IMG/VR virus record: IMGVR_UViG_3300020325_000019
Span: 1-55,116 of that record
Source: a virus
Taxonomy: Duplodnaviria > Caudoviricetes
Strand: one strand, 5' to 3'
DNA: 55,116 nucleotides
The translations under genes were made by a program, and so were the position numbers. The notes under the pieces are model-generated. The model ran no database searches, was not told the DNA's origin, and saw only the letters and a list, made by a program, of their open reading frames with translations. Shown here piece by piece: positions 1-6,846 of the stretch (within the stretch, counting starts at the first letter, position 1; every line of letters starts with the position of its first letter).

Positions 1-1
1 A

Positions 2-172
2 TCCGTCTGGACTCTCAAGGTAAACCCCTTCACAGGGACATGCCGAGTGCGTTGGTTCAAGACCCCATCAGCAGAGTACACGTTCAAAACCCGCAAGCGT
101 GACATCCTAGCATTGATGATCGCAGGGGACAGGTCCTTGGGACAATGGGTGAACTGTCACCAATTCGGTTGA
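2..172 (+). CDS. 5'-truncated small protein, possibly KTSC-like domain
   Basis: Open frame from the window edge to TGA at 170-172, not in the ORF track: SVWTLKVNPFTGTCRVRWFKTPSAEYTFKTRKRDILALMIAGDRSLGQWVNCHQFG*. The beta-strand / Y-x-F / helix / SLGxWVN layout resembles KTSC-type small proteins of cyanophage early regions. Confidence 0.5.
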   Translation, partial: SVWTLKVNPFTGTCRVRWFKTPSAEYTFKTRKRDILALMIAGDRSLGQWVNCHQFG

Positions 173-196
173 ATGGCAGTGCCCTGCGCCTATACT
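169..196 (+). promoter_or_regulatory. sigma70-like early promoter, probably leaderless
   Basis: TTGAAT (169-174), 16-nt spacer, TATACT (191-196); ATG at 203 lies at the expected start site and has no SD. Confidence 0.5.
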
Positions 197-202
197 GTTC
201 AC

Positions 203-421
203 ATGAACAACCAACTCCCCAAGCACATGCAAGACCGTTACGAGACACGCGACGGGTTCATCATCAAGAAGGGCGAGACCGATCCCGTCATCTTCGCTGC
301 CATGGAATCGATCAAGGCAGAGATGCTGCGAGAGGCAGCATACCGCAAGGACGTGCGCGAGGGTCGCATCCCTGCCCCCAGTGGACAGTGGGGCGTCTGG
401 AACATCAGCGACCGCGACTGA
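203..421 (+). CDS. hypothetical early protein (72 aa)
   Basis: ORF 173..421; the ATG at 203 (MNNQLPKH...) is preferred because it directly follows the TATACT box; C/G-ending codons as in neighbouring genes. Confidence 0.7.
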   Translation: MNNQLPKHMQDRYETRDGFIIKKGETDPVIFAAMESIKAEMLREAAYRKDVREGRIPAPSGQWGVWNISDRD

Positions 422-434
422 TCGCCCCAGCGTC

Positions 435-440
435 TATAAT
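435..440 (+). promoter_or_regulatory. -10 box (TATAAT) upstream of the T5orf172-like gene
   Basis: Perfect TATAAT in the 43-nt gap between the stop at 421 and the ATG at 465; no clear -35. Confidence 0.4.
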
Positions 441-464
441 TTCATCAACGACAGGCACACAGAC

Positions 465-1124
465 ATGCGCCCGAAACAACTCCCCACCAACCACACCTTC
501 GCCACCAAGACCAAGAAGGGCAAGCAGGTTGGCAAGCAACCCAAGGGTGAGGGCGTCATCTATTTCATGGTGTCTGCCAGCAACGCCATCACAGCAGACG
601 ACAGCGAGTGGGTCGCAGTCAAGGTCGGTCTGGCATCAGGTGGAGAGGCAGAGGCATTCAAGGTGCTAGGCAACCACCGCACCAGCAACGACGGCGACAC
701 ATACTTCCATGCCCTGCTGACCGTGTGCAACGTGGGCAAGGCAGAGGCATCACTGCACAGCACCCTACAGGAGATGGGATACAGCACCCTCCATGGTATG
801 GACCACAGCATCCCCGATGCCTACCGCAAGTTCTACACACAGCAGCAGGGTGGAGGCGAGTGGTTCGTGCTGCCCCTGTCTGTGTTGGAGGCAGTCATCG
901 CTGATGCCAAGCAGACCATGCGTGAACCCCACGTATGGGCAGACGGTTGGATCGGTCAGTCCCACGCCAACGCACCCGTGAAATTCCACTACGACTCTGA
1001 GGGTATGCCACGCTGTGAGATGCAGGGTCGCATGGGTCGCCCAGTGGAGGAGAATGCTCTCGCCTTCGCCTATGCCTACCGCACACTGACAGGGTTTGCG
1101 CCTGAGGGTTGCTGCCTCGCCTGA
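465..1124 (+). CDS. T5orf172/MUG113-type GIY-YIG-like domain protein (219 aa)
   Basis: Motif order GVIYFM...VKVGLA...AEASLHSTL...GEWFVL matches the T5orf172 pattern (G-x-V/I-Y, VKIG, E-x-x-LH, GEWF); basic N-terminal arm; start taken at ATG 465. Confidence 0.7.
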   Translation: MRPKQLPTNHTFATKTKKGKQVGKQPKGEGVIYFMVSASNAITADDSEWVAVKVGLASGGEAEAFKVLGNHRTSNDGDTYFHALLTVCNVGKAEASLHSTLQEMGYSTLHGMDHSIPDAYRKFYTQQQGGGEWFVLPLSVLEAVIADAKQTMREPHVWADGWIGQSHANAPVKFHYDSEGMPRCEMQGRMGRPVEENALAFAYAYRTLTGFAPEGCCLA

Positions 1125-1200
1125 CAGTATATCACACCTCGGGCAGTGGTTTGGGTTCGCCCCCGCCCCCTTTGGGTCGCCAAGCGGGTTCAAAAAAGGT

Positions 1201-1266
1201 ATACTTCCCTAACCTACAAAAGTATCCAGACGACCGATAAATATTATGGTATAATCGGTTAGGGAA
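1201..1266. other. structured intergenic element at the GC-rich/AT-rich boundary
   Basis: Perfect 10-bp inverted repeat ttccctaacc (1205-1214) / ggttagggaa (1257-1266), plus alternative stems atactt/aagtat (1201-1206/1220-1225) and accgat/atcggt (1233-1238/1254-1259). Confidence 0.55.
1236..1255 (+). promoter_or_regulatory. adjacent late-type box (GATAAATA) and extended -10 (TGGTATAAT)
   Basis: GATAAATA at 1236-1243 and TGnTATAAT at 1247-1255, upstream of ATG 1303. Confidence 0.55.
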
Positions 1267-1302
1267 AACCCCCGAAATAAAAAAATTCGCCCAGAAAAAA
1301 TT

Positions 1303-1545
1303 ATGTCTGAAATGATCGAGAGAGAAGTCGTCCTATCAAACATCAACGATCCTCTGAGGCAGGACCCTCAGTTCCAACTCGCAGTACAAGAGAAGCAGAT
1401 CAACAAGATGGCAGAGATCATCGAAGAGATGGCAGTACGCTTGGTGTCACTTGAGAAGAAAGTGATGGACATGGATGAGGAAGCGAGATTTCCCGAGAGT
1501 GCTTTTGGTGACTACCCAGAGGTAAGTGGAAAGCTCAATGCCTAA
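1303..1545 (+). CDS. hypothetical coiled-coil protein (80 aa)
   Basis: ORF with heptad-like segment INKMAEIIEEMAVRLVSLEKKVMDM; its stop overlaps the next start. Confidence 0.75.
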   Translation: MSEMIEREVVLSNINDPLRQDPQFQLAVQEKQINKMAEIIEEMAVRLVSLEKKVMDMDEEARFPESAFGDYPEVSGKLNA

Positions 1546-1801
1546 TAATAACTACGAAGAGATTCTAAACAACTTCGATGCATTCTGCGACCAGTTCGAG
1601 ATGGCTGCAGCGAAGAGATTTGCGGGACTGGATAATGACTCAAGACAACCAATTGACCATGCAGAAGTTCAACGAGCAACTCCAAGAGCTGCAAAAGAGG
1701 TTGACGATGGTGGAGACGAGGGTATCACAATTAGAACGCCCCCAATTGATGTACAAGCCACCCCAATGCCAGAACTACAAGACGATAGCGGAGACGCTTG
1801 A
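1538..1801 (+). CDS. hypothetical protein (87 aa), helical N-terminus and acidic tail
   Basis: ATG 1538 overlaps the end of the upstream gene; amphipathic NYEEILNNFDAFCDQFEMAAAKRF followed by an acidic, low-complexity tail. Confidence 0.6.
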   Translation: MPNNNYEEILNNFDAFCDQFEMAAAKRFAGLDNDSRQPIDHAEVQRATPRAAKEVDDGGDEGITIRTPPIDVQATPMPELQDDSGDA

Positions 1802-1853
1802 CGATCTACATAACGCTGTAAGGGAATTGCAAGATGGCAGTACTAGAGAATAA
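1635..1853 (+). CDS. hypothetical coiled-coil protein (72 aa), overlapping the previous ORF
   Basis: MTQDNQL...LQELQKRLTMVETRVSQLERPQLMYKPP...TIAETLDDLHNAVRELQ shows clean heptads; its 3' end overlaps the start at 1834. Confidence 0.65.
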   Translation: MTQDNQLTMQKFNEQLQELQKRLTMVETRVSQLERPQLMYKPPQCQNYKTIAETLDDLHNAVRELQDGSTRE

Positions 1854-2832
1854 TGGGTTCACAGTAGGTCCATGGCCTCTTCCTGCTACTCTCAAACGAT
1901 CAGATATTCTGGGTAATTTGTTTATCCCAGGATCTCTGATTCCTCCTGCGTATGAATTAAGACCGATTCCATATGAAAAGATGGGTGAGGCACTTGCAAG
2001 TGGTGATATTTCTACACTAGAGGACTATGTTGCACCATATGCAACATATACTTTGAATGCCAAAGCAATACCATCAACACCCGATGAAGTTATTCTTAGT
2101 TGTTCATTTAAACCTCCAGCATGGGCAGAGGCATTAGGAATATTCAGTGATGATATAAGACCATTCAAGGTAATTGTAGAAGAACCCAATGATGGTTCTG
2201 ATGCTAGCAGAACTGCTTCGGAAGATCCTGTAATAATCGAACCTCCGTTAGGTGGACTATGGGATGCACCAGGATCTGAGGAACCGTATATTAAAGCATT
2301 AGATTCAGGACCTACTGCAACTCTCATAGGATATTACACTGAGAAAGCATTTTATGATCGTGAATGGTATTTGAGGTTTTCTAATTGTATTGCAAGGTTT
2401 AGTTATCTTGGGATACAATATATAAAAACTGAAGATGTTCCTCAAGGTATACCATTAGATCTTCAGGAACTTTTTAGTGATCCTAAGATAGCAAGACCTT
2501 TACCAAGTCCTATTAAGTATGATAACTGGTATCCTACAACGAAAGCAGATGCTCAAGCATTTGACTCTCCGCAGATGCCACCGTATTTTGACATGTGTGA
2601 CGGTATTATATCTTATAAAGCAACAGAGATTAGAAAACTAAGGTATTACTATATTGTTTTCATTGAATCTCTGATAGGAGGAGCAACCACACCTACATTA
2701 ACATGGTTCCCATGTTTTATGACGGTACAGTATAATTCTAAGTTTGCTCAGCAACGTTTAGAAGCTGCTATTGCTGCAACACAAGTTGCTGATAGAAAAC
2801 TTCTTCCATTACCAATACCTACGAATGCTTAG
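1834..2832 (+). CDS. hypothetical Pro-rich protein (332 aa), possibly virion-associated
   Basis: Long ORF whose end overlaps the PAAR gene start; no recognisable motif. Confidence 0.75.
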   Translation: MAVLENNGFTVGPWPLPATLKRSDILGNLFIPGSLIPPAYELRPIPYEKMGEALASGDISTLEDYVAPYATYTLNAKAIPSTPDEVILSCSFKPPAWAEALGIFSDDIRPFKVIVEEPNDGSDASRTASEDPVIIEPPLGGLWDAPGSEEPYIKALDSGPTATLIGYYTEKAFYDREWYLRFSNCIARFSYLGIQYIKTEDVPQGIPLDLQELFSDPKIARPLPSPIKYDNWYPTTKADAQAFDSPQMPPYFDMCDGIISYKATEIRKLRYYYIVFIESLIGGATTPTLTWFPCFMTVQYNSKFAQQRLEAAIAATQVADRKLLPLPIPTNA

Positions 2833-3214
2833 TACGACCCCAGCACTATCCTCTCCACTTGATATGACCACAGGTCATGGACCATGGTCTCCTGTGGGTT
2901 ATATACCGATTGTTCCTACGCCCCCTGGTGCAGATAAAGTAGTACCTACTGGTGCTAGTCCGAATGTTATTATTAATGGCAGAAATGTTCATAACGTTGG
3001 TAATGTCACGTTACCACACTTTGGATTTCTCCCAGCACCACCCGACCTGCACTCTGACAGTATCTCCACGGGTTCACCAACGGTGATGGTCAATGGCACA
3101 CCCATGGCAGTGATTGGGAGCCTTCTGGGGTCTCCTGTAGGTCCTGCAGGCATGGTTGCAGGTCAGGGAGCATTGACCGTAGTTGTTGACAGTAAAGGTC
3201 CAGTACCTGTATAA
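2825..3214 (+). CDS. gp5.4: PAAR-repeat baseplate spike-tip protein (T4 gp5.4-like)
   Basis: TTGHGPWSP...GASPNVIINGRNVHNVG...PH...HSDSISTGSPTVMVNGTPMAVIGS: PAAR-type repeats and three His as in gp5.4; start at ATG 2825; lies upstream of gp25. Confidence 0.85.
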   Translation: MLSTTPALSSPLDMTTGHGPWSPVGYIPIVPTPPGADKVVPTGASPNVIINGRNVHNVGNVTLPHFGFLPAPPDLHSDSISTGSPTVMVNGTPMAVIGSLLGSPVGPAGMVAGQGALTVVVDSKGPVPV

Positions 3215-3215
3215 T
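3186..3215 (+). promoter_or_regulatory. consensus sigma70 promoter
   Basis: TTGACA (3186-3191), 18-nt spacer, TATAAT (3210-3215), embedded in the 3' end of the PAAR gene. Confidence 0.8.
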
Positions 3216-3238
3216 ATACTAGTAATTCATTTGAGATT

Positions 3239-3385
3239 ATGGCAAAGGCAAAAGTTGGTTTGATGGGCGACAAGATGATTGAGTCCATCCCCAAGAAGAG
3301 TCGTCAAGGCAAAGGAAAGCATACGAAACTTTCCGCAACTAGTCGTAACGGCGCAAAGAAGCGTTATCGTGGTCAGGGTAAATAA
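3239..3385 (+). CDS. small Lys/Arg/Gly-rich basic protein (48 aa)
   Basis: Below the ORF-track cutoff; translated by hand as MAKAKVGLMGDKMIESIPKKSRQGKGKHTKLSATSRNGAKKRYRGQGK*; directly downstream of the sigma70 promoter. Confidence 0.8.
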   Translation: MAKAKVGLMGDKMIESIPKKSRQGKGKHTKLSATSRNGAKKRYRGQGK

Positions 3386-3424
3386 CCTCTAGGGCGCGGA
3401 CGCCGAAAATCTCCGAAGGTTATC

Positions 3425-3802
3425 ATGACTTATTCGTTAAAATTACTCACCTATCTCGCTCCCAGTACTGTCTGTGAGGGGATAGGTGTTTTTTCATTAG
3501 TAAACATTCCACGCAATACAATCATATTTCGTCCACAGAAGATAGAAAAAATCCCATGGGGACATCTCCCTCCGCAATTGCACCGTAAGATTCAGTTGCT
3601 TACGATGAATGATGAGGATGGATTTTGGATTGATTGTGATTTAGACCGCATTCATAGCGCGTATTACATTAATCATACGGAAAAGAACCAAAACGTTCGT
3701 TATGATAGTAAGAAGCGCACGTGGGTAGCAACAAAAAATATTAATAAGGGTGAAGAGTTACTTAATACATACGCTACGGAGGAGCAAGATTGGCTTACTT
3801 AA
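3425..3802 (+). CDS. minimal SET-domain protein (putative lysine methyltransferase)
   Basis: SET motifs in order: PSTVCEGIGVFS (S-x-x-x-G-x-G-V-F), YYINH, N-V, VATKNINKGEELLNTY (I-x-x-GEEL-x-x-x-Y). Confidence 0.85.
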   Translation: MTYSLKLLTYLAPSTVCEGIGVFSLVNIPRNTIIFRPQKIEKIPWGHLPPQLHRKIQLLTMNDEDGFWIDCDLDRIHSAYYINHTEKNQNVRYDSKKRTWVATKNINKGEELLNTYATEEQDWLT

Positions 3803-4455
3803 ATCATAGTTTACCTGACTGGTCTTGTTACATGCGTAATGAGTTCTTGTATAATCACAAGAAAGGTCATGGTGAGGTTACAAAATGCGATGTGCATAGT
3901 GTTGCCAGTATCGAAAAACGAGTGCCATTATTTGAAGCATTTCTAGAGAATGGTGTTAACTGGACTAGAAGACCTCTGAGTGCCTTCTGCTGGCGTCCTG
4001 ATGCTGCTCCAGAACCTCTGGAAGACATAATGTACTGGGACTGCTTTTCGCCTTACATAGACGTACAGAGACGCCATCGTCTTGCTGGTCTACAAGCAGA
4101 GTTGATTCGACCAGACAACAAAAAAGTTTTGGGTGAATACATGTTTACTCTTGACTGGTCATGGGAGAATAAAGGTGTACCTGATTTGAACTTTTCAGAA
4201 ACACCTGAACATAAGTGTGCTCACTTGTTTAAGGTGGAGACAGGTAACTATTATGCCTATCCAAACAATCGTATCATTTGGTACGATAATGCATGGGTAT
4301 TCAATAGAATTGAAAAGAATCCTGGATATGAAATTGATCTTACAGTTTACTCTGTAGAAAACAAACGCAAATTAGAAACATCAGATCATTACATGTATGA
4401 AATTAAAAACCTAGATAATAAGTACAAAGGAGGAGATAATGATGTCACACCCTAA
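3790..4455 (+). CDS. conserved hypothetical marine-phage protein (221 aa)
   Basis: TTG start with GGAG upstream, overlapping the SET gene end; MAYLNH...EFLY...HGE...NG...RRPLSAF...WDCFS...EHKCAH...YPNNRI resembles a common marine phage family of unknown function. Confidence 0.8.
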   Translation: MAYLNHSLPDWSCYMRNEFLYNHKKGHGEVTKCDVHSVASIEKRVPLFEAFLENGVNWTRRPLSAFCWRPDAAPEPLEDIMYWDCFSPYIDVQRRHRLAGLQAELIRPDNKKVLGEYMFTLDWSWENKGVPDLNFSETPEHKCAHLFKVETGNYYAYPNNRIIWYDNAWVFNRIEKNPGYEIDLTVYSVENKRKLETSDHYMYEIKNLDNKYKGGDNDVTP

Positions 4456-4612
4456 GCACCTTGATGGTTCAGTCGATAAAGGTGATTTGTTTGTAGAGAG
4501 TGGTATGACTCTTATTACAGAAGTTGATAGTGAGCGTCATTTAAAGAAAGCGGCAGAGATCAAGCGTCGTAAAGAGCAAATGAATGACTTCATTGAACGT
4601 TGGACGGACTGA
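4442..4612 (+). CDS. small hypothetical protein (56 aa)
   Basis: Strong SD AGGAGGAG upstream; MSHPKHLDGSVDKGDLFVESGMTLITEVDSERHLKKAAEIKRRKEQMNDFIERWTD*; not in the ORF track. Confidence 0.75.
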   Translation: MSHPKHLDGSVDKGDLFVESGMTLITEVDSERHLKKAAEIKRRKEQMNDFIERWTD

Positions 4613-4619
4613 CTAAATA
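4612..4619 (+). promoter_or_regulatory. T4-type late promoter variant (ACTAAATA)
   Basis: TAAATA core in the gap about 24 nt upstream of the gp25 ATG. Confidence 0.55.
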
Positions 4620-4642
4620 ACTATTGACTTCGTAGGCAGTTA

Positions 4643-5038
4643 ATGGCAACTTCAGATCTCAATTTTAGAGATATCATGATTGGGTTTAAAAAGCATCCTG
4701 TAACTGATGACCTTGTTGTCAGTAAGGATGCTGCTGCCATTAAACAAGCAATTGTAAATATACTTCTGACTAACAGAGGAGAAAGATTATTTAACTCCCG
4801 TTTTGGATCTGATATTAGGAGATACTTATTTGAACCTCTAGATTACGCGACTGCTGCTCAAGTTAATGGCAGTATTGCAGATACTTTATCTAGATTTGAA
4901 CCTAGAATTCAGGTATTATCCGTCGAGACCATTCCGAATTATGACGATAATGGATTTGATGTTGAAATGTCTTATGAAGTCCGAGGATCTGACGTTCCTC
5001 CAGTAAACGTAGAATTCTTCCTTGCAAGGACGAGATAA
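4643..5038 (+). CDS. gp25: baseplate wedge subunit gp25
   Basis: AIKQAIVNILLTNRGERLFNSRFGSDIRRYLFEP...RFEPRI is the GPW/gp25 signature; directly upstream of gp6. Confidence 0.95.
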   Translation: MATSDLNFRDIMIGFKKHPVTDDLVVSKDAAAIKQAIVNILLTNRGERLFNSRFGSDIRRYLFEPLDYATAAQVNGSIADTLSRFEPRIQVLSVETIPNYDDNGFDVEMSYEVRGSDVPPVNVEFFLARTR

Positions 5039-6840
5039 TGCCATACACACAGTTAAATAATTTAGATTTTAACGAAATTAAAACTGCCCTTAAAGATTAT
5101 TTGAGAGTACAGTCGGAATTTACCGACTACGACTTTGAAGGATCCGCTTTAAGTCAGTTACTTGACGTGTTGGCATATAACACGTATTACACCGCGTTCA
5201 ATACGAACATGGTGGTCAATGAACTATTCTTAGATTCAGCAACGCTCAGAGACAACGTAGTAGCGTTAGCAAAGCAATTAGGGTACACACCCAAGTCAAT
5301 TACTACACCAACAGCGGTAGTTGATTTCAATGTTGTATTTGAATCAAATGCTCCAAATGCGGTAATCTTAAAAGCAGGGAGTGGATTTATTACCAATTAT
5401 GATAATGGTACGTATCGTTATATTGTAAGATCCGATGAAAGAGTAGAGGTAGTAAACGGAACAGCATCTTTTAGTGGTATTTCTATCCACGAGGGTTCGT
5501 TAATTACTACTAGGACTACAGTTAATGGTGCTGCATCAAACCAAAGATTTAGAATTGAGAATTCCTCAGTTGATACAAATACACTGAAAGTTAGAGTGTA
5601 TCAATCTGCTACATCAACTGTTTTTACAGAGTACGAACTTGCCAATAATATTTTAAGCGTTGGACGTGATGATGAAATCTACTTTATCAATGAGATGGAA
5701 GATGAAGTATATGAAATATTTTTTGGTGATGGAATCCTAGGAAGAAAGTTAGAGGATGGAGAAGTTGTCGAACTTAGTTACATTGTAACTAATGGTACTG
5801 TGACAAATGGTGCAAAACAATTTATTTACAATGGAATCATTGTAGATGAGAATGAAGTTCCTATAACTGTTCCATTGACGATTACCAATATCAATACTAC
5901 ATCTGTTGCCAATGGCGGATCTACCATTGAAAGCATTGATAAGATTAAGTATAATGCTCCCAAATTTTATGGATCTCAAAATAGAGCGGTAACGTCATCT
6001 GATTATTCTGCTATTGTAAGAAATCTATATCCTTCTATTAGCGATATCATTGTTTTTGGAGGTGAAGATCAAGAACCTCCTGCATATGGAAAAGTTTTTA
6101 TTTCGGTAAAACCATCAAACGCTGCTAGTTTATCTTCTTATACAAAAACTCAGTTATCCAAAGATTTGAGGCAATTTACAATTGCTTCTGTAAAACCAGA
6201 GTTTGTTGATGCATCAATTCTTTATATTGAATTAAATAGCGACATTTATTATGATGGGACAAAAACCAAGTTGCTACCAGCGCAGATGGCAGCAAAAGCA
6301 ACTAGTGGTGTACAGGAGTATTTGAAGACATCTTCTGTCGAAAAATTTAACGGTAAATTTAGACACAGTAAACTAGTTGGTGTTATTGATGGTTCTGATC
6401 CTTCAATTAATTCAAATGTAACTGATATTACACTTAGAAAAGATTTTTATGCTCAAATAAACAGTTCTTCATTCTACGAAATTTGTTATCAAAATAAATT
6501 TGCTAAAAATTGTGATGGTCCTGTTGTGTCTTCAACTGCCATGACTGTTTTTGAATATCCAGGTTTTGATACCTATCTTGAAGATAGGGATGGCAAAATC
6601 GTTCTATATAGAATAGATTCTGTAACTGGAGAAAAAATTCTTCTGAACGATTCTATTGGTGATGTTGATTATGAAAAAGGTGAGATCAAACTGTATGACT
6701 TTACTATCTTAAAAGGAACATTCTCAGACAATCGTATTGAACTAAGAGTGAAACCTGCCGAGAAAGATATTGAAGTAAAACGTGAGGTATATCTTGACGT
6801 AGATGTATCGAAAAGTAAATTTGTAGCATATAAAGAGTAG
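5038..6840 (+). CDS. gp6: baseplate wedge subunit gp6
   Basis: LDFNEIK...FTDYDFEGSALSQLLDVLAYNTYY...ELFLDSATLRDNVVALAKQLGYTP; YEIFFGDG; QNRAVT..DY; 600 aa. Confidence 0.95.
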   Translation: MPYTQLNNLDFNEIKTALKDYLRVQSEFTDYDFEGSALSQLLDVLAYNTYYTAFNTNMVVNELFLDSATLRDNVVALAKQLGYTPKSITTPTAVVDFNVVFESNAPNAVILKAGSGFITNYDNGTYRYIVRSDERVEVVNGTASFSGISIHEGSLITTRTTVNGAASNQRFRIENSSVDTNTLKVRVYQSATSTVFTEYELANNILSVGRDDEIYFINEMEDEVYEIFFGDGILGRKLEDGEVVELSYIVTNGTVTNGAKQFIYNGIIVDENEVPITVPLTITNINTTSVANGGSTIESIDKIKYNAPKFYGSQNRAVTSSDYSAIVRNLYPSISDIIVFGGEDQEPPAYGKVFISVKPSNAASLSSYTKTQLSKDLRQFTIASVKPEFVDASILYIELNSDIYYDGTKTKLLPAQMAAKATSGVQEYLKTSSVEKFNGKFRHSKLVGVIDGSDPSINSNVTDITLRKDFYAQINSSSFYEICYQNKFAKNCDGPVVSSTAMTVFEYPGFDTYLEDRDGKIVLYRIDSVTGEKILLNDSIGDVDYEKGEIKLYDFTILKGTFSDNRIELRVKPAEKDIEVKREVYLDVDVSKSKFVAYKE

Positions 6841-6846
6841 TTTTAA

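Noticed and set aside
139-160. Imperfect palindrome GGGACA-N10-TGTCAC just upstream of the -35 box, possibly an early-gene operator
   Set aside because: Single copy in the window, short arms, and fully inside the upstream coding frame (LGQWVNCH); cannot be supported without more copies.
145-1193. Alternative ORFs in the GC-rich segment (145..669, 608..904, 793..981 and the minus-strand ORFs)
   Set aside because: Shadow frames expected at high GC; they overlap better-supported genes and have Arg/Pro/Ser-rich, motif-free translations.
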